64,000 nucleotides of DNA from an uncultured Gammaproteobacteria bacterium (GCA_964562445.1 CAZLSZ010000004.1:448-64447); one strand, 5' to 3'. Counted from the first letter of the stretch, positions 17,291 through 26,748 are shown. The notes: generated from the letters alone by a model not told the origin. Program-made: numbers and translations.

Positions 17291-19701
17291 CAAATCTAGA
17301 CGGCGTAAGACAAAAAGTATTTTTAGACAGATATGCACTCAAAGGTGAAGACGGTGAATTGATTGAGCATACTCCTGAAGAGATGTGGCGAAGAGTTGCC
17401 GGCGGTGTCGCTTCCAATGAAAAAAAGTCTCAGCAAAAAAAGTGGGAAGCAGAATTTTACCGTGTCATGGAAGACTTCAAGTTTGTTCCCGGGGGAAGAA
17501 TTCTTTCTGGTGCCGGCACAGGGTATCAGGTCACCTATTTTAATTGTTTCGTTATCCCGTCTCCCAAAGATTCTCGCCATGGTATTCTTGAGTCACTCGG
17601 GCAACTGGTCGAAATCCAATCACGCGCTGGCGGTGTCGGGTTAAATCTTTCATCCCTCAGACCACGCGGTGCTCGTGTCAAAAAAGTAAACGGTACTTCC
17701 TCCGGTCCTATCAATTGGGCGACATTATTCTCTGTCGCGACGCATGATATTGTCCAGCAGGGCGGTTCCAGACGCGGCGCGACGATGCTTATGCTGTGGG
17801 ATTGGCATCCGGATATTGAAGAGTTTATCACTGTGAAGCAGGATCTCACCAAGATAAATGGTGCTAACCTTTCGGTCTGTATATCAGACGCCTTTATGGA
17901 AGCGGTGAAGAATGATGAGCCATGGGATCTTGTTTATCCTGATCTGAATGATCCGAGATATGATGACATCTGGGATGGCGACTTGAATAAATGGAAAGAA
18001 AACGGAGGCAAAGTAAAGGTGTATAAAACTGTACAGGCGAAAGAATTATGGGAACTTATTTGTACCGCGGCATGGCAGTCCGCCGAACCGGGGCTGCACT
18101 TCCTGGATCGAAGTAATAAGCGTTCAAATACATGGTATTTTGAACATCTCGTTGCGACCAATCCATGCGGAGAACAGCCGTTGGGGCCGTGGGCTGTATG
18201 TAATCTCGGCGCGATGAATTTGTCCGCCTATGTAAAAGGATACAACCTCGCTGATGATACACCGGGCACATTTGATTATGAGGCGTTCAGTAAAGATGTC
18301 AAAGTTGCCCTCCGATTCTTGGACAATGTTATCGATCAGACATATTATTTCTTTAAAGAGAATGAGAAGATAGCAAAAGAAATCCGCAGAACAGGACTGG
18401 GCATTATGGGATTGGGAGATGCATTGATTAAAATGCAGCTCCCGTATGGCTCACCTGACTCACTCCCTGTTATTGATAAGATTTTCAAAACACTTCGAGA
18501 CAGCGCGTATGATGCTTCGGCAGATCTTGCGGAAGAAAAGGGCGCATTTCCTAAATTCGATAAAGAAAAGTATGTAAAAGGGTATCATATTAAGAATCTT
18601 CCGGCTGATTTGCGAAAGAAAATCGCGGATCAGGGCATTCGTAATGCGGTACTGCTTACTGTTGCTCCGACGGGGACGACATCATTGGTATCAGGCGTTT
18701 CAAGTGGTATTGAACCCGTCTATGAATTTGTCTTTAAGAGACGATGGAGAGGCGGAGAAGAAACAATGTACCATCCGCTTTTTGAAGAATGGAAACTCGC
18801 ACATCCCGAAGGGGAGAAACCCGAATATTTCGTAAGCGCAAATGATCTGACACCTGATGAGCATGCACAGGTGCAGGCTGTCGGACAGAAATATATCGAT
18901 TCATCGATCTCCAAGACTGTGAACGCGCCAAACAATCATACCGTGGAAGACGTAAAGAATCTGTATATGATGGCATATGATCTGGGCCTCAAGGGAATTA
19001 CCTACATGCGTGACGGCTCACGCCAGGGAGTTCTCGAGAGAATCGAAGAAAAGAAACCTGTCGAAACGGAAGTTGAAAAAGAAGCGGCAAAACCTGTAGT
19101 GCCTGTCACCCCACGAATGCCGCGTCCGATGATGCTTACAGGTGTTACTTATAAAGCGGATAGTCCAACGGGTAAACTATATATTACGATCAATAATGAC
19201 GAAAAAGGAGACTTATTTGAAGTATTTATTAATCACGGGAAAAGTGGTTCTGATTTGATGGCGCTTGCGGACGCGCTTGGCCGGATGATTTCGTTTGTCC
19301 TGCGAATTCATAGTCCGGTGCCTGCCCGGGAGCGGGTCCGTGAGATCATTTCCGAACTTGCGGGGATCGGCGGGAGTAGAAGCAGCGGATTCGGACAGAA
19401 CCGGGTGAGATCTCTACCGGATGCTATCTCCAAAGTTTTGGCGCGGCATTGTGAGTTTAAGGTGAATGGGAAAGTTGAAGATAAAGTGAAATTAAGTGAG
19501 CTCCAAAGTGAAGACGTGCAGGAAGATCTTTCGGAGAAGGCGAGTAAGATTATGGTAGACCAATTAAGTATTCCTGCCGATATGGGATCATCGGCATCGA
19601 CAACATCCCTCTTTGATATTTGTCCGGAATGCGGATCAGGAAGTTTTGCGTATGAAGAAGGCTGCAAGAAGTGTTATGGCTGCGGCTATTCTGAATGTTA
19701 A
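17287..19701 (+). CDS. nrdJ: Adenosylcobalamin-dependent (class II) ribonucleotide reductase
   Basis: The 804-aa monomeric-type RNR has its thiyl-Cys region at NPCGEQPL and a C-terminal Zn-ribbon, CPECGSGSF...CKKCYGCG. Confidence 0.85.
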   Translation: MTNLDGVRQKVFLDRYALKGEDGELIEHTPEEMWRRVAGGVASNEKKSQQKKWEAEFYRVMEDFKFVPGGRILSGAGTGYQVTYFNCFVIPSPKDSRHGILESLGQLVEIQSRAGGVGLNLSSLRPRGARVKKVNGTSSGPINWATLFSVATHDIVQQGGSRRGATMLMLWDWHPDIEEFITVKQDLTKINGANLSVCISDAFMEAVKNDEPWDLVYPDLNDPRYDDIWDGDLNKWKENGGKVKVYKTVQAKELWELICTAAWQSAEPGLHFLDRSNKRSNTWYFEHLVATNPCGEQPLGPWAVCNLGAMNLSAYVKGYNLADDTPGTFDYEAFSKDVKVALRFLDNVIDQTYYFFKENEKIAKEIRRTGLGIMGLGDALIKMQLPYGSPDSLPVIDKIFKTLRDSAYDASADLAEEKGAFPKFDKEKYVKGYHIKNLPADLRKKIADQGIRNAVLLTVAPTGTTSLVSGVSSGIEPVYEFVFKRRWRGGEETMYHPLFEEWKLAHPEGEKPEYFVSANDLTPDEHAQVQAVGQKYIDSSISKTVNAPNNHTVEDVKNLYMMAYDLGLKGITYMRDGSRQGVLERIEEKKPVETEVEKEAAKPVVPVTPRMPRPMMLTGVTYKADSPTGKLYITINNDEKGDLFEVFINHGKSGSDLMALADALGRMISFVLRIHSPVPARERVREIISELAGIGGSRSSGFGQNRVRSLPDAISKVLARHCEFKVNGKVEDKVKLSELQSEDVQEDLSEKASKIMVDQLSIPADMGSSASTTSLFDICPECGSGSFAYEEGCKKCYGCGYSEC

Positions 19702-19839
19702 CGAGGTGAGTGTAGGCAAGTGATGTGTAAATCATCCGCAGTGCCGCTACTGTTCGGGGAACCGGAGTTTCTTACAAAAGAAATAAAGTCAGAAAACTAT
19801 ACTTACCCAAAATATACCCGTGCAGGTAGGAATTTGAGG

Positions 19840-19867
19840 AATCCTTCCCGCGCGGAAGGATTTTTTT
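19840..19867 (+). terminator. Intrinsic terminator (AATCCTTCC-cgcgc-GGAAGGATT + T7) ending 0 nt before the ATG at 19868
   Basis: A perfect 9-bp stem and 5-nt loop are followed by TTTTTTT. The element may be the expression platform of a cobalamin riboswitch spanning about 19705-19867. Confidence 0.6.
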
Positions 19868-20233
19868 ATGAGACAAATCGGATATGGATTATTGCTGCTC
19901 ATCGTCATCGGCCTATTAGCAATGGGAGCAAATTATATTTCTCAACAATCTTCTGCTCCCACACAAAATCCTACTGTTCATGAAGATATACAGCCATCCA
20001 CTTTTGCATATAAAGGGGAAGAAGGGCGGGACGCGTTGAGTTTGATGAAAGAAAAAACTTCTGTAGAGCAGGATGCTAGTGGGATGGTCATTTCCATAAA
20101 TGGAAGAAAAGCGGATAGTACAAAAAAAGAATATTGGGCAATGTATGTCAATGACAGAATGTCTCAGGTAGGGCCGGCAGATTATATGACAAAGTCAAGT
20201 GACATTATCCTTTGGAAAATACAAACGTATTAA
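19868..20233 (+). CDS. Secreted DUF4430-like (transcobalamin-beta-domain-like) protein, candidate B12-binding protein
   Basis: A signal anchor is followed by ...EYWAMYVNDRMSQVGPADYMTKSSDIILWKIQ, matching the DUF4430 pattern yW.y.vN...vGad.y.lkdgD.i.w.y. Confidence 0.45.
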   Translation: MRQIGYGLLLLIVIGLLAMGANYISQQSSAPTQNPTVHEDIQPSTFAYKGEEGRDALSLMKEKTSVEQDASGMVISINGRKADSTKKEYWAMYVNDRMSQVGPADYMTKSSDIILWKIQTY

Positions 20234-20235
20234 TT

Positions 20236-20763
20236 ATGAAAATACAGCAAACAATCAGTCCGTTACTCATTATCGGGATCGCGGTTATCCTTCGACTACT
20301 TCCTCATCCGGCAAATATGGCCCCGATTGCCGCGATGGCTCTTTTTGGCGGCGCATATCTCAATAAACGCTACGCGCTCCTCGTGCCGCTCGTCGCGCTT
20401 TTTATATCCGATATTTTTCTCGGATTCCATCAAAGTATGGTTGCTGTATACTTCAGCTTCTTTTTGACAGGAGGTATCGGACTGTATCTTGCCCGCCATA
20501 AAACACCTATAACAGTTATCATGGCTTCACTACTCTCTTCCGTGCTCTTCTTTCTTATTACCAATTATAATTTTTGGTATACGTACTCGTTGTATCCCAA
20601 AACATTGGCTGGATTACTGGAATCATATACGGCGGCGCTTCCGTTTTTTCGCAATACACTCATCGGAGATCTCCTGTATACCGGTATTTTCTTCGGCGCA
20701 TATGAAGGGATAAAAATGCTGATCCGGTATCCTAGGATTTCCGTGCGAAAGGAGCGAAATTGA
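20236..20763 (+). CDS. Small 5-6 TM permease, ECF S-component-like (BioY/CbrT-like)
   Basis: A membrane protein of about 175 aa. The listed ORF start at 20212 is a TTG, and the ATG at 20236 is more likely. Its stop overlaps the pduO start in TGATG. Confidence 0.4.
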   Translation: MKIQQTISPLLIIGIAVILRLLPHPANMAPIAAMALFGGAYLNKRYALLVPLVALFISDIFLGFHQSMVAVYFSFFLTGGIGLYLARHKTPITVIMASLLSSVLFFLITNYNFWYTYSLYPKTLAGLLESYTAALPFFRNTLIGDLLYTGIFFGAYEGIKMLIRYPRISVRKERN

Positions 20764-21308
20764 TGCCTATTTATACAAAGAAAGGGGATAAAGGAGAGAC
20801 TTCCCTTTTTGATGGGACAAAGGTTTCAAAAGCAAATAAACGGGTTGAAACATACGGAACGATAGACGAGCTCAATAGCGCATTGGGAGAGGTGGTCGCG
20901 TTTATTCCGGCCGGTAAATTAGTAAATATAAAAAAAGATATTATTGGTATTCAGCGCGATTTATTTACGGTCGGTGCCTCACTTGCGAACCCTGCGTATG
21001 CGTCTTTGGAGGATATTGAGAAAAAAGTAGGCTTTTTTGAAGAACGAATTGATATGCTTACCGCGCAAATGCCGAAATTAAAAAATTTTATTATACCCGG
21101 AGGCAGTAAAGCAGGATCATTATTGCATGTGTCACGGACATTAGCGCGGCGTGCCGAGCGGAAGTTGGTGCGATTGATGGAGGAGGAGAAAATAGATATA
21201 AATATCGTTATGTATCTTAATCGTTTATCGGATTTGCTTTTTACCTATGCCAGATATGTCAACTTTATTGAAAAGAAAAAAGAAGTAAAGTGGATACAAA
21301 AAGGGTGA
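20763..21308 (+). CDS. pduO: PduO-type ATP:cob(I)alamin adenosyltransferase
   Basis: The N-terminus MPIYTKKGDKGETSLFDGTKVSK..VETYGTIDELNSALG is diagnostic for PduO-type ATR. Confidence 0.8.
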   Translation: MPIYTKKGDKGETSLFDGTKVSKANKRVETYGTIDELNSALGEVVAFIPAGKLVNIKKDIIGIQRDLFTVGASLANPAYASLEDIEKKVGFFEERIDMLTAQMPKLKNFIIPGGSKAGSLLHVSRTLARRAERKLVRLMEEEKIDINIVMYLNRLSDLLFTYARYVNFIEKKKEVKWIQKG

Positions 21309-21414
21309 ACATTGTGTGAATCAATGGCTGTGCCGCAACTGTAATAGTCAGACCGCCCATTTTCGTTGTAAAACGGAATAAAAAGCCTTCCGACGCAGAA
21401 GCAATTATTTGTGA

Positions 21415-21439
21415 CTCCTCGGAAGCGGGGAGTTTTTTT
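21415..21439 (+). terminator. Hairpin (CTCCTCG-gaag-CGGGGAG) + T7 abutting the ATG at 21440
   Basis: A 7-bp stem with a GAAG loop is followed by TTTTTTT, and then A-ATG. Confidence 0.5.
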
Positions 21440-22714
21440 ATGCCTATAGCATTAGAAACACGATCATTATTACAAGATTATTCCGTAAGGACTGAATCCG
21501 CGCTTGCGCCAGCTATACAGTCGGAATCTATCCAGCTGGCGCAAGCGCGGGATATTTTTGTCGCGAAAGAAGCAAAGAAGAAAAAACAGGTTGTGGCTTA
21601 TGAAATTGACCAAGATAGAATCGCGTATACAGAATTAGGAAGACATGCCGGCAAAGAGGGCTATGATAAAGCAAAAGAAAATTTAGATGCGTATACCCGG
21701 ATGCAGGTTGAGACCCACTTGGGAGAGCGGCTCAATGTCGAGTCAAGCAGATTTCACTTTACTATAGAGAATGATCAATTGATGCCTGATAATAGTGATG
21801 AATCAATGCTTTCCATGATGCAGCGCGGGCAGGAATATCGTCGACAGCATGGGAGCCCTGTTGATTGGGCAAGGGAGGAGGCAGAGGTCTATGGATTTGA
21901 AGAAACACAGAAAGTCCTTACAGATAGGCAAATACCTGTCGGGACGATGATGCTTTCTATTTCTCCCCAAGGGGATGTTGCTAACGGTTCTATTTATAAA
22001 ATGAATTTTTATGATGTGTATCAAAAAACAGAAGATGGTATTGATGCGTATCGTTTTACATCCGGCCTTGATAGGGAGGAATCACAAAAAAAGGTGAAAC
22101 AGTTTGATCTGCGATACGCAAAGGATGCTATCCCCGCGGATGTTGATTTCCTTGCCCGACCCGTGAGAATTGATCCGAAACATACCAACTTACAAACGCC
22201 GCAGGATGTACATAACTATCTTCATAAAGAACATGATCATATGGCGAAAGAAGAGTTCGAAAATATTATTAAAACATGCGCGCCATTAATAACTGGCTAT
22301 ATCAATACACTCAGCAATAACCCCGCTGCTGTTTTGGAACATGAGAGACGGTTTACGGCGTTACTCAATGGAGCAGATGAAGTTGCCGATACATTCAAAA
22401 AGAAGGCTTATAACACAAATGAAGAAAAGCAGCATATTATTCCTTGGTATGTTTCAGAGTCAGAGCTTGATCGATTGGCTGCAAAAGCTGTACGTCCTGT
22501 CGATACAGGCTGCGGCTTCTCGGGAGGGACCTCCTCAAAAATATTTAGTGTTGCAGAATTCAGTAAGGGTGTAAGTATCGGAGGATCACCCGGAAAAGAT
22601 AAATATGGCGATAGATCATTTGCGTGTCCGGCATGTGGTGCTATGAATGTCCGGCCTGAAAATGAATTACTTTCCACATGTCAGTCATGTAATAGTACAG
22701 AGGTAGCATGTTAA
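21440..22714 (+). CDS. Hypothetical protein with C-terminal zinc ribbon
   Basis: The 424-aa protein has a C-terminal CPACGAMNVRPENELLSTCQSC. No other motif was recognised. Confidence 0.4.
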   Translation: MPIALETRSLLQDYSVRTESALAPAIQSESIQLAQARDIFVAKEAKKKKQVVAYEIDQDRIAYTELGRHAGKEGYDKAKENLDAYTRMQVETHLGERLNVESSRFHFTIENDQLMPDNSDESMLSMMQRGQEYRRQHGSPVDWAREEAEVYGFEETQKVLTDRQIPVGTMMLSISPQGDVANGSIYKMNFYDVYQKTEDGIDAYRFTSGLDREESQKKVKQFDLRYAKDAIPADVDFLARPVRIDPKHTNLQTPQDVHNYLHKEHDHMAKEEFENIIKTCAPLITGYINTLSNNPAAVLEHERRFTALLNGADEVADTFKKKAYNTNEEKQHIIPWYVSESELDRLAAKAVRPVDTGCGFSGGTSSKIFSVAEFSKGVSIGGSPGKDKYGDRSFACPACGAMNVRPENELLSTCQSCNSTEVAC

Positions 22715-22764
22715 TCTTCTCAATTTTGTTTGCTACTTGCGTATGCCCATGGTAAGATTATTAT

Positions 22765-23355
22765 ATGGATCAATCTGCACCTCATCATGCTCAATCGACA
22801 CATACGCAAGTACATGCAATCAGTCGGACACAGCCTCCTTCAGCTGTTGTCTCGCCGGGAGGAATGACAAATAAACCTAATGAAGCAGGACAAATTTCAG
22901 GATCCAAGGAGCATGGTCCGATACATACCGGCTCCCGAACAGAAATTTCTCCTCAGGAAGAACAGGATGCTATAATGCCTTCTCAACAGGAAACAGCAGG
23001 GAAGTCGGGTTCGTCAGTGAAAGAGGAGCAATCTATCGAGATCAAGGCATCTGTTCCGGAGATTGCCGTAGAAAAATCTCTTGAGGCAGTTGTAGAAAAA
23101 TCTGTCGATACGGAAAAACCGAAAATTACGGAAGAATTAAAAAAAGTGGGGATTACGCATTCAGGGCCGGGAATTCCCATTGAAACAAATAAGTTCTCCG
23201 TAACAACTATGCCGATGCAATATGAAGAAGCAAAGGCAATGGATAAAGCGACTTCGATACGAGAATCGAAGCATTGGCTTGCCGAATTGGTAATGTATGT
23301 GTGGAGGAAAATAGATCCTATGATAGAAAAAAAATTAAAGGAGGAAAAGAAGTAA
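22765..23355 (+). CDS. Hypothetical low-complexity (Ser/Glu/Lys-rich) protein
   Basis: A 196-aa protein. A TTGCGT-N16-TATTAT promoter directly abuts its ATG. Confidence 0.3.
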   Translation: MDQSAPHHAQSTHTQVHAISRTQPPSAVVSPGGMTNKPNEAGQISGSKEHGPIHTGSRTEISPQEEQDAIMPSQQETAGKSGSSVKEEQSIEIKASVPEIAVEKSLEAVVEKSVDTEKPKITEELKKVGITHSGPGIPIETNKFSVTTMPMQYEEAKAMDKATSIRESKHWLAELVMYVWRKIDPMIEKKLKEEKK

Positions 23356-23356
23356 T

Positions 23357-25744
23357 ATGGAGTCGGAAATGCTTAGTACGGAAAATTTGCTTTCTGCTTT
23401 TGGCGCGCTCATCGTCGTATTATTGGTGATTGTACTTATCGGTGCGATCGGTTGGGCGGCATACTGGGCTTTTGTTTTATGGATGCGGCATCGCAATAGA
23501 GAATCAGAATCGTTAAATGCGATACTTTTGCAAGTTACCGTACCGAGAGAAAATGAAACCAAAATAGATGCAGCGCAGCAGATGTTCGCAAGTCTGGCAT
23601 CCATCCGGGGCAGCACTAAGTTTGAAAATTTTAAACCGCAGCCGCATTTATCGTTTGAAATTGTCGGTATGCCCGGGGATATTCGTTTCTACGTCCATGT
23701 GCCTGCAAAGTATCGTGATTTTGTCGAAAAACAGATTAATGGAGCATATCCTGACGCAGATATTTTCCAAGTAAATGATCCTGCTGCAAAACAGCGTGAA
23801 GGCGGCGTAATTGGGACTGAATACAATATTTTCAGTGAAGATGGAAAAGTTGCGTTTCTGTATACCAATCTCAAAACAAGCGATTATATGCCGTTAAAGG
23901 TTTATAAAGATCTTGCTATCGATCCTTTGTCATCATTGACATCCGTTCTTGCAAAGATGCAGGAGGGGGAAGGCGCAGCAATTCAGATTTTGCTCCGCCC
24001 TGCGGATGATAAATGGGTGAAAGCAGGGCGGAGCTATCTGGCAGGATTAAAAAAGAATGAATCAAATCCTGAAAAAGCGAGCTACAAAACAGATGCCAAA
24101 GAGCTTGAAGCCATTGAAAACAAACTCCAAAAACCGGGATTCCATACAACTATCCGAATTGTGGTTTGTGCCAAGACAGAAACATCCGCGAAAGCACATC
24201 TTTCCAATATATTTGGCACATTCAGCCAGTTTAATACGAGCCTAAATGCATTTAAGAAACGCAAATTTTTCCATCAGGGGCTTTTTATGACGGACTTTAT
24301 TTATCGTTATTTCCCCATGTTTCGTCAGACATCTATTCTTTCCAGCGAAGAGCTTGCGAGTATTTATCATTTTCCCAATAAAGGCATTGTTACTCCCGGC
24401 ATCCATTGGCTGACGGCAAAACGTTCTGCAGCTCCCTCTGAGCTTCCGACTTCGGGTTTATTCTTGGGGAGAAGTACCTTTAGAGGTATTACCAAGCCTG
24501 TGTATATGGGCATTGATGATAGACGCAGGCACACCTATATTATTGGGAAGACTGGTACCGGTAAGTCGGAATATCTCAAAAGTATGATTATGCAGGATAT
24601 TCATAATGGGGAAGGAGTGGCTGTAATTGATCCGCATGGAGACTTAGTAGAAGATATTCTGAAGCAGATCCCACCCAAACGAGCTGAAGATGTGATCCTT
24701 TTTGATCCTTCGGATACAGATCGTCCGATGGGCTTTAATATGCTTGAGGCAGATCAGGAGCAACAAAAACATTTTGTCGTTAATTCAGTCATTGGGCTTA
24801 TGTACAAATTATTTGATCCAAACAAAACAGGTATTATCGGTCCGCGATTTGAGCATGCTGTGCGTAACGCGATGCTTACTGTTATGTATCAGAAAGGCAG
24901 TACGTTTATCGAGGTTATGCGTGTCTTAACGGATGAAAGTTTTGTGCAGGAGCTCCTGCCAAAGGTCGAAGATCCTATTGTACGGCGTTATTGGACGGAT
25001 CAGATAGCGCAGACATCTGATTTTCATAAATCTGAGGTACTTGATTATATTACCTCTAAATTCGGTCGGTTCGTTACCAATAAAATGATCCGTAACATCA
25101 TCGGTCAGTCTGAAAGCGCATTTAATTTCAGAAAAGTCATGGATGAGCAGAAAATTCTGTTGATAAATCTTTCGAAAGGGAAAATAGGTGAGGAAAACGC
25201 AAGTTTCTTGGGATTGATTCTGGTGCCGAAGATTCTGGTCGCCGCGATGTCCAGGCAGGATATTATCAATAAAGATGACCGTAAAGACTTTTTCCTGTAT
25301 GTGGACGAGTTCCAGAATTTCGCTACACCTGATTTTGCTCAGATTCTTTCTGAGGCGCGAAAATATCGGCTCAATTTGATCGTGGCGAATCAGTTTATCG
25401 GACAGATGGAAGAAGAAATTAAAAATGCTATTTTCGGTAACGTCGGTACTATTGCTTCATTCAGAATCGGCGTTACAGACGCAAATTACCTGCAGCATGA
25501 ATTCCAGCCGATTTTCAGTGAGCAGGATCTGATTAATGTCGATAAATATAACTGTTATATGAGGACCATTGTAAATGGAGAGCCTGTCCGGCCATTTTCT
25601 TTGGATACGACAAAAGATATCAAGAAAGAAAAAGCACTCGAAAATCCGAGAGTCGCGGAGCTTGTGACGGAACTCTCACGTTTGAAATATGGGAGGTCTG
25701 TGGATGTTATTGAAGCAGAGATTGCTCAGCGCGCGAGATTATAA
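23357..25744 (+). CDS. Type IV secretion-type P-loop ATPase (VirD4/TraG/VirB4-like, DUF87-type Walker A), N-terminal 2 TM
   Basis: Two N-terminal TM helices are followed by a domain of about 350 aa. Walker A is IIGKTGTGKSEYL, then VIDPHGDL, and Walker B is LYVDEFQNF. Confidence 0.5.
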   Translation: MESEMLSTENLLSAFGALIVVLLVIVLIGAIGWAAYWAFVLWMRHRNRESESLNAILLQVTVPRENETKIDAAQQMFASLASIRGSTKFENFKPQPHLSFEIVGMPGDIRFYVHVPAKYRDFVEKQINGAYPDADIFQVNDPAAKQREGGVIGTEYNIFSEDGKVAFLYTNLKTSDYMPLKVYKDLAIDPLSSLTSVLAKMQEGEGAAIQILLRPADDKWVKAGRSYLAGLKKNESNPEKASYKTDAKELEAIENKLQKPGFHTTIRIVVCAKTETSAKAHLSNIFGTFSQFNTSLNAFKKRKFFHQGLFMTDFIYRYFPMFRQTSILSSEELASIYHFPNKGIVTPGIHWLTAKRSAAPSELPTSGLFLGRSTFRGITKPVYMGIDDRRRHTYIIGKTGTGKSEYLKSMIMQDIHNGEGVAVIDPHGDLVEDILKQIPPKRAEDVILFDPSDTDRPMGFNMLEADQEQQKHFVVNSVIGLMYKLFDPNKTGIIGPRFEHAVRNAMLTVMYQKGSTFIEVMRVLTDESFVQELLPKVEDPIVRRYWTDQIAQTSDFHKSEVLDYITSKFGRFVTNKMIRNIIGQSESAFNFRKVMDEQKILLINLSKGKIGEENASFLGLILVPKILVAAMSRQDIINKDDRKDFFLYVDEFQNFATPDFAQILSEARKYRLNLIVANQFIGQMEEEIKNAIFGNVGTIASFRIGVTDANYLQHEFQPIFSEQDLINVDKYNCYMRTIVNGEPVRPFSLDTTKDIKKEKALENPRVAELVTELSRLKYGRSVDVIEAEIAQRARL

Positions 25745-25969
25745 TTATTCAACTGCATTAAAAATAATAAAAAAGAGTACGAGGAGCGCGCTGATAATCG
25801 CTATAATGCTACTGATGTCTATCAATATTTTTATATAATGGGGTACATAGAGTCCTATTTCTTTATTTGCTCTAGTAATTCTCGTGTAGTGCAGCCAATT
25901 AAATATCGCAATGCCTGCGGCGATTATGAAAAAAGTGCTATTAATGATTATCGTAGCATGATCTCTCAT
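25745..25969 (-). CDS. Small membrane protein
   Basis: A 74-aa hydrophobic ORF whose stop overlaps the upstream gene. Confidence 0.3.
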   Translation of the reverse strand: MRDHATIIINSTFFIIAAGIAIFNWLHYTRITRANKEIGLYVPHYIKILIDISSIIAIISALLVLFFIIFNAVE

Positions 25970-26583
25970 TATCTTCTCCCTCCAACATGTCTCGCATTAA
26001 ACCACATAGGTGTAATCGGCATCGTAGGATGTCTATCAAGAAGTTCTCTGGTGAGGAAACTTCCGACTTTGTTTGTACTTATTATATCTTTCAATATAAA
26101 TTCTTCTTGATGCGTAGGTCTATCAAATGTGAGAATTATGTCTCCCATATCCAAAATATCATGCATCCAGCCTTGTGTTTGCAAATCAATTTCCGTACAG
26201 TATACTCTATCAAGCATCACATCATTTACTACATAGGACATCAGCGGAGTGTATCTAAATTCTAAAATTTTTCTGTTGGTGAGTATATAGACATGGAAAA
26301 ACCAGTCAATAATTATTTTTGTAATTAGGGCTACTGTTCCGCTTGCCATAAGCAGGAAAGCAATAGTGAAGTGTTGGATTGAACCGAGAAATTGGACGAA
26401 GATCATGTAAAACCCGCCGCAAAATAGTGCAAATATACTGATCAGTACACCGATGGGAAAAATAACCGAGAAGGGGTGCGTACGTATCGCAAGAAGCAAT
26501 TTTTCATCTTTGAGATTAAGAAATGTTTTCCAATCTCCTGTAGCAATCATATTTTTGTCCATAGAATCCTCCAAATATAACAT
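25969..26583 (-). CDS. Membrane protein with bacterial PH (bPH_2/YdbT-like) domain
   Basis: Two TM helices are followed by a bPH-like domain (ILTNRKILEFRY...DIILTF). Confidence 0.45.
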   Translation of the reverse strand: MLYLEDSMDKNMIATGDWKTFLNLKDEKLLLAIRTHPFSVIFPIGVLISIFALFCGGFYMIFVQFLGSIQHFTIAFLLMASGTVALITKIIIDWFFHVYILTNRKILEFRYTPLMSYVVNDVMLDRVYCTEIDLQTQGWMHDILDMGDIILTFDRPTHQEEFILKDIISTNKVGSFLTRELLDRHPTMPITPMWFNARHVGGRR

Positions 26584-26748
26584 ATTACATAGTGTAGGGC
26601 TCTATGGCGTGATACGCGCAAATATAATTGTCCGCATTATAGAATATGTTTCATAGTATTTTTTTAAAAAGATGGTAATAAATAGGTAAGGAAAAGCGAT
26701 ATTGCATGCAAATTTTGCTCAATACATGAAATAGTCGTATAATAAGAT

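Noticed and set aside
19720-19983. 87-aa ORF between nrdJ and the DUF4430 gene
   Set aside because: It overlaps the terminator/riboswitch-like region and the start of the better-supported 19868 ORF. It has no Shine-Dalgarno and is probably spurious.
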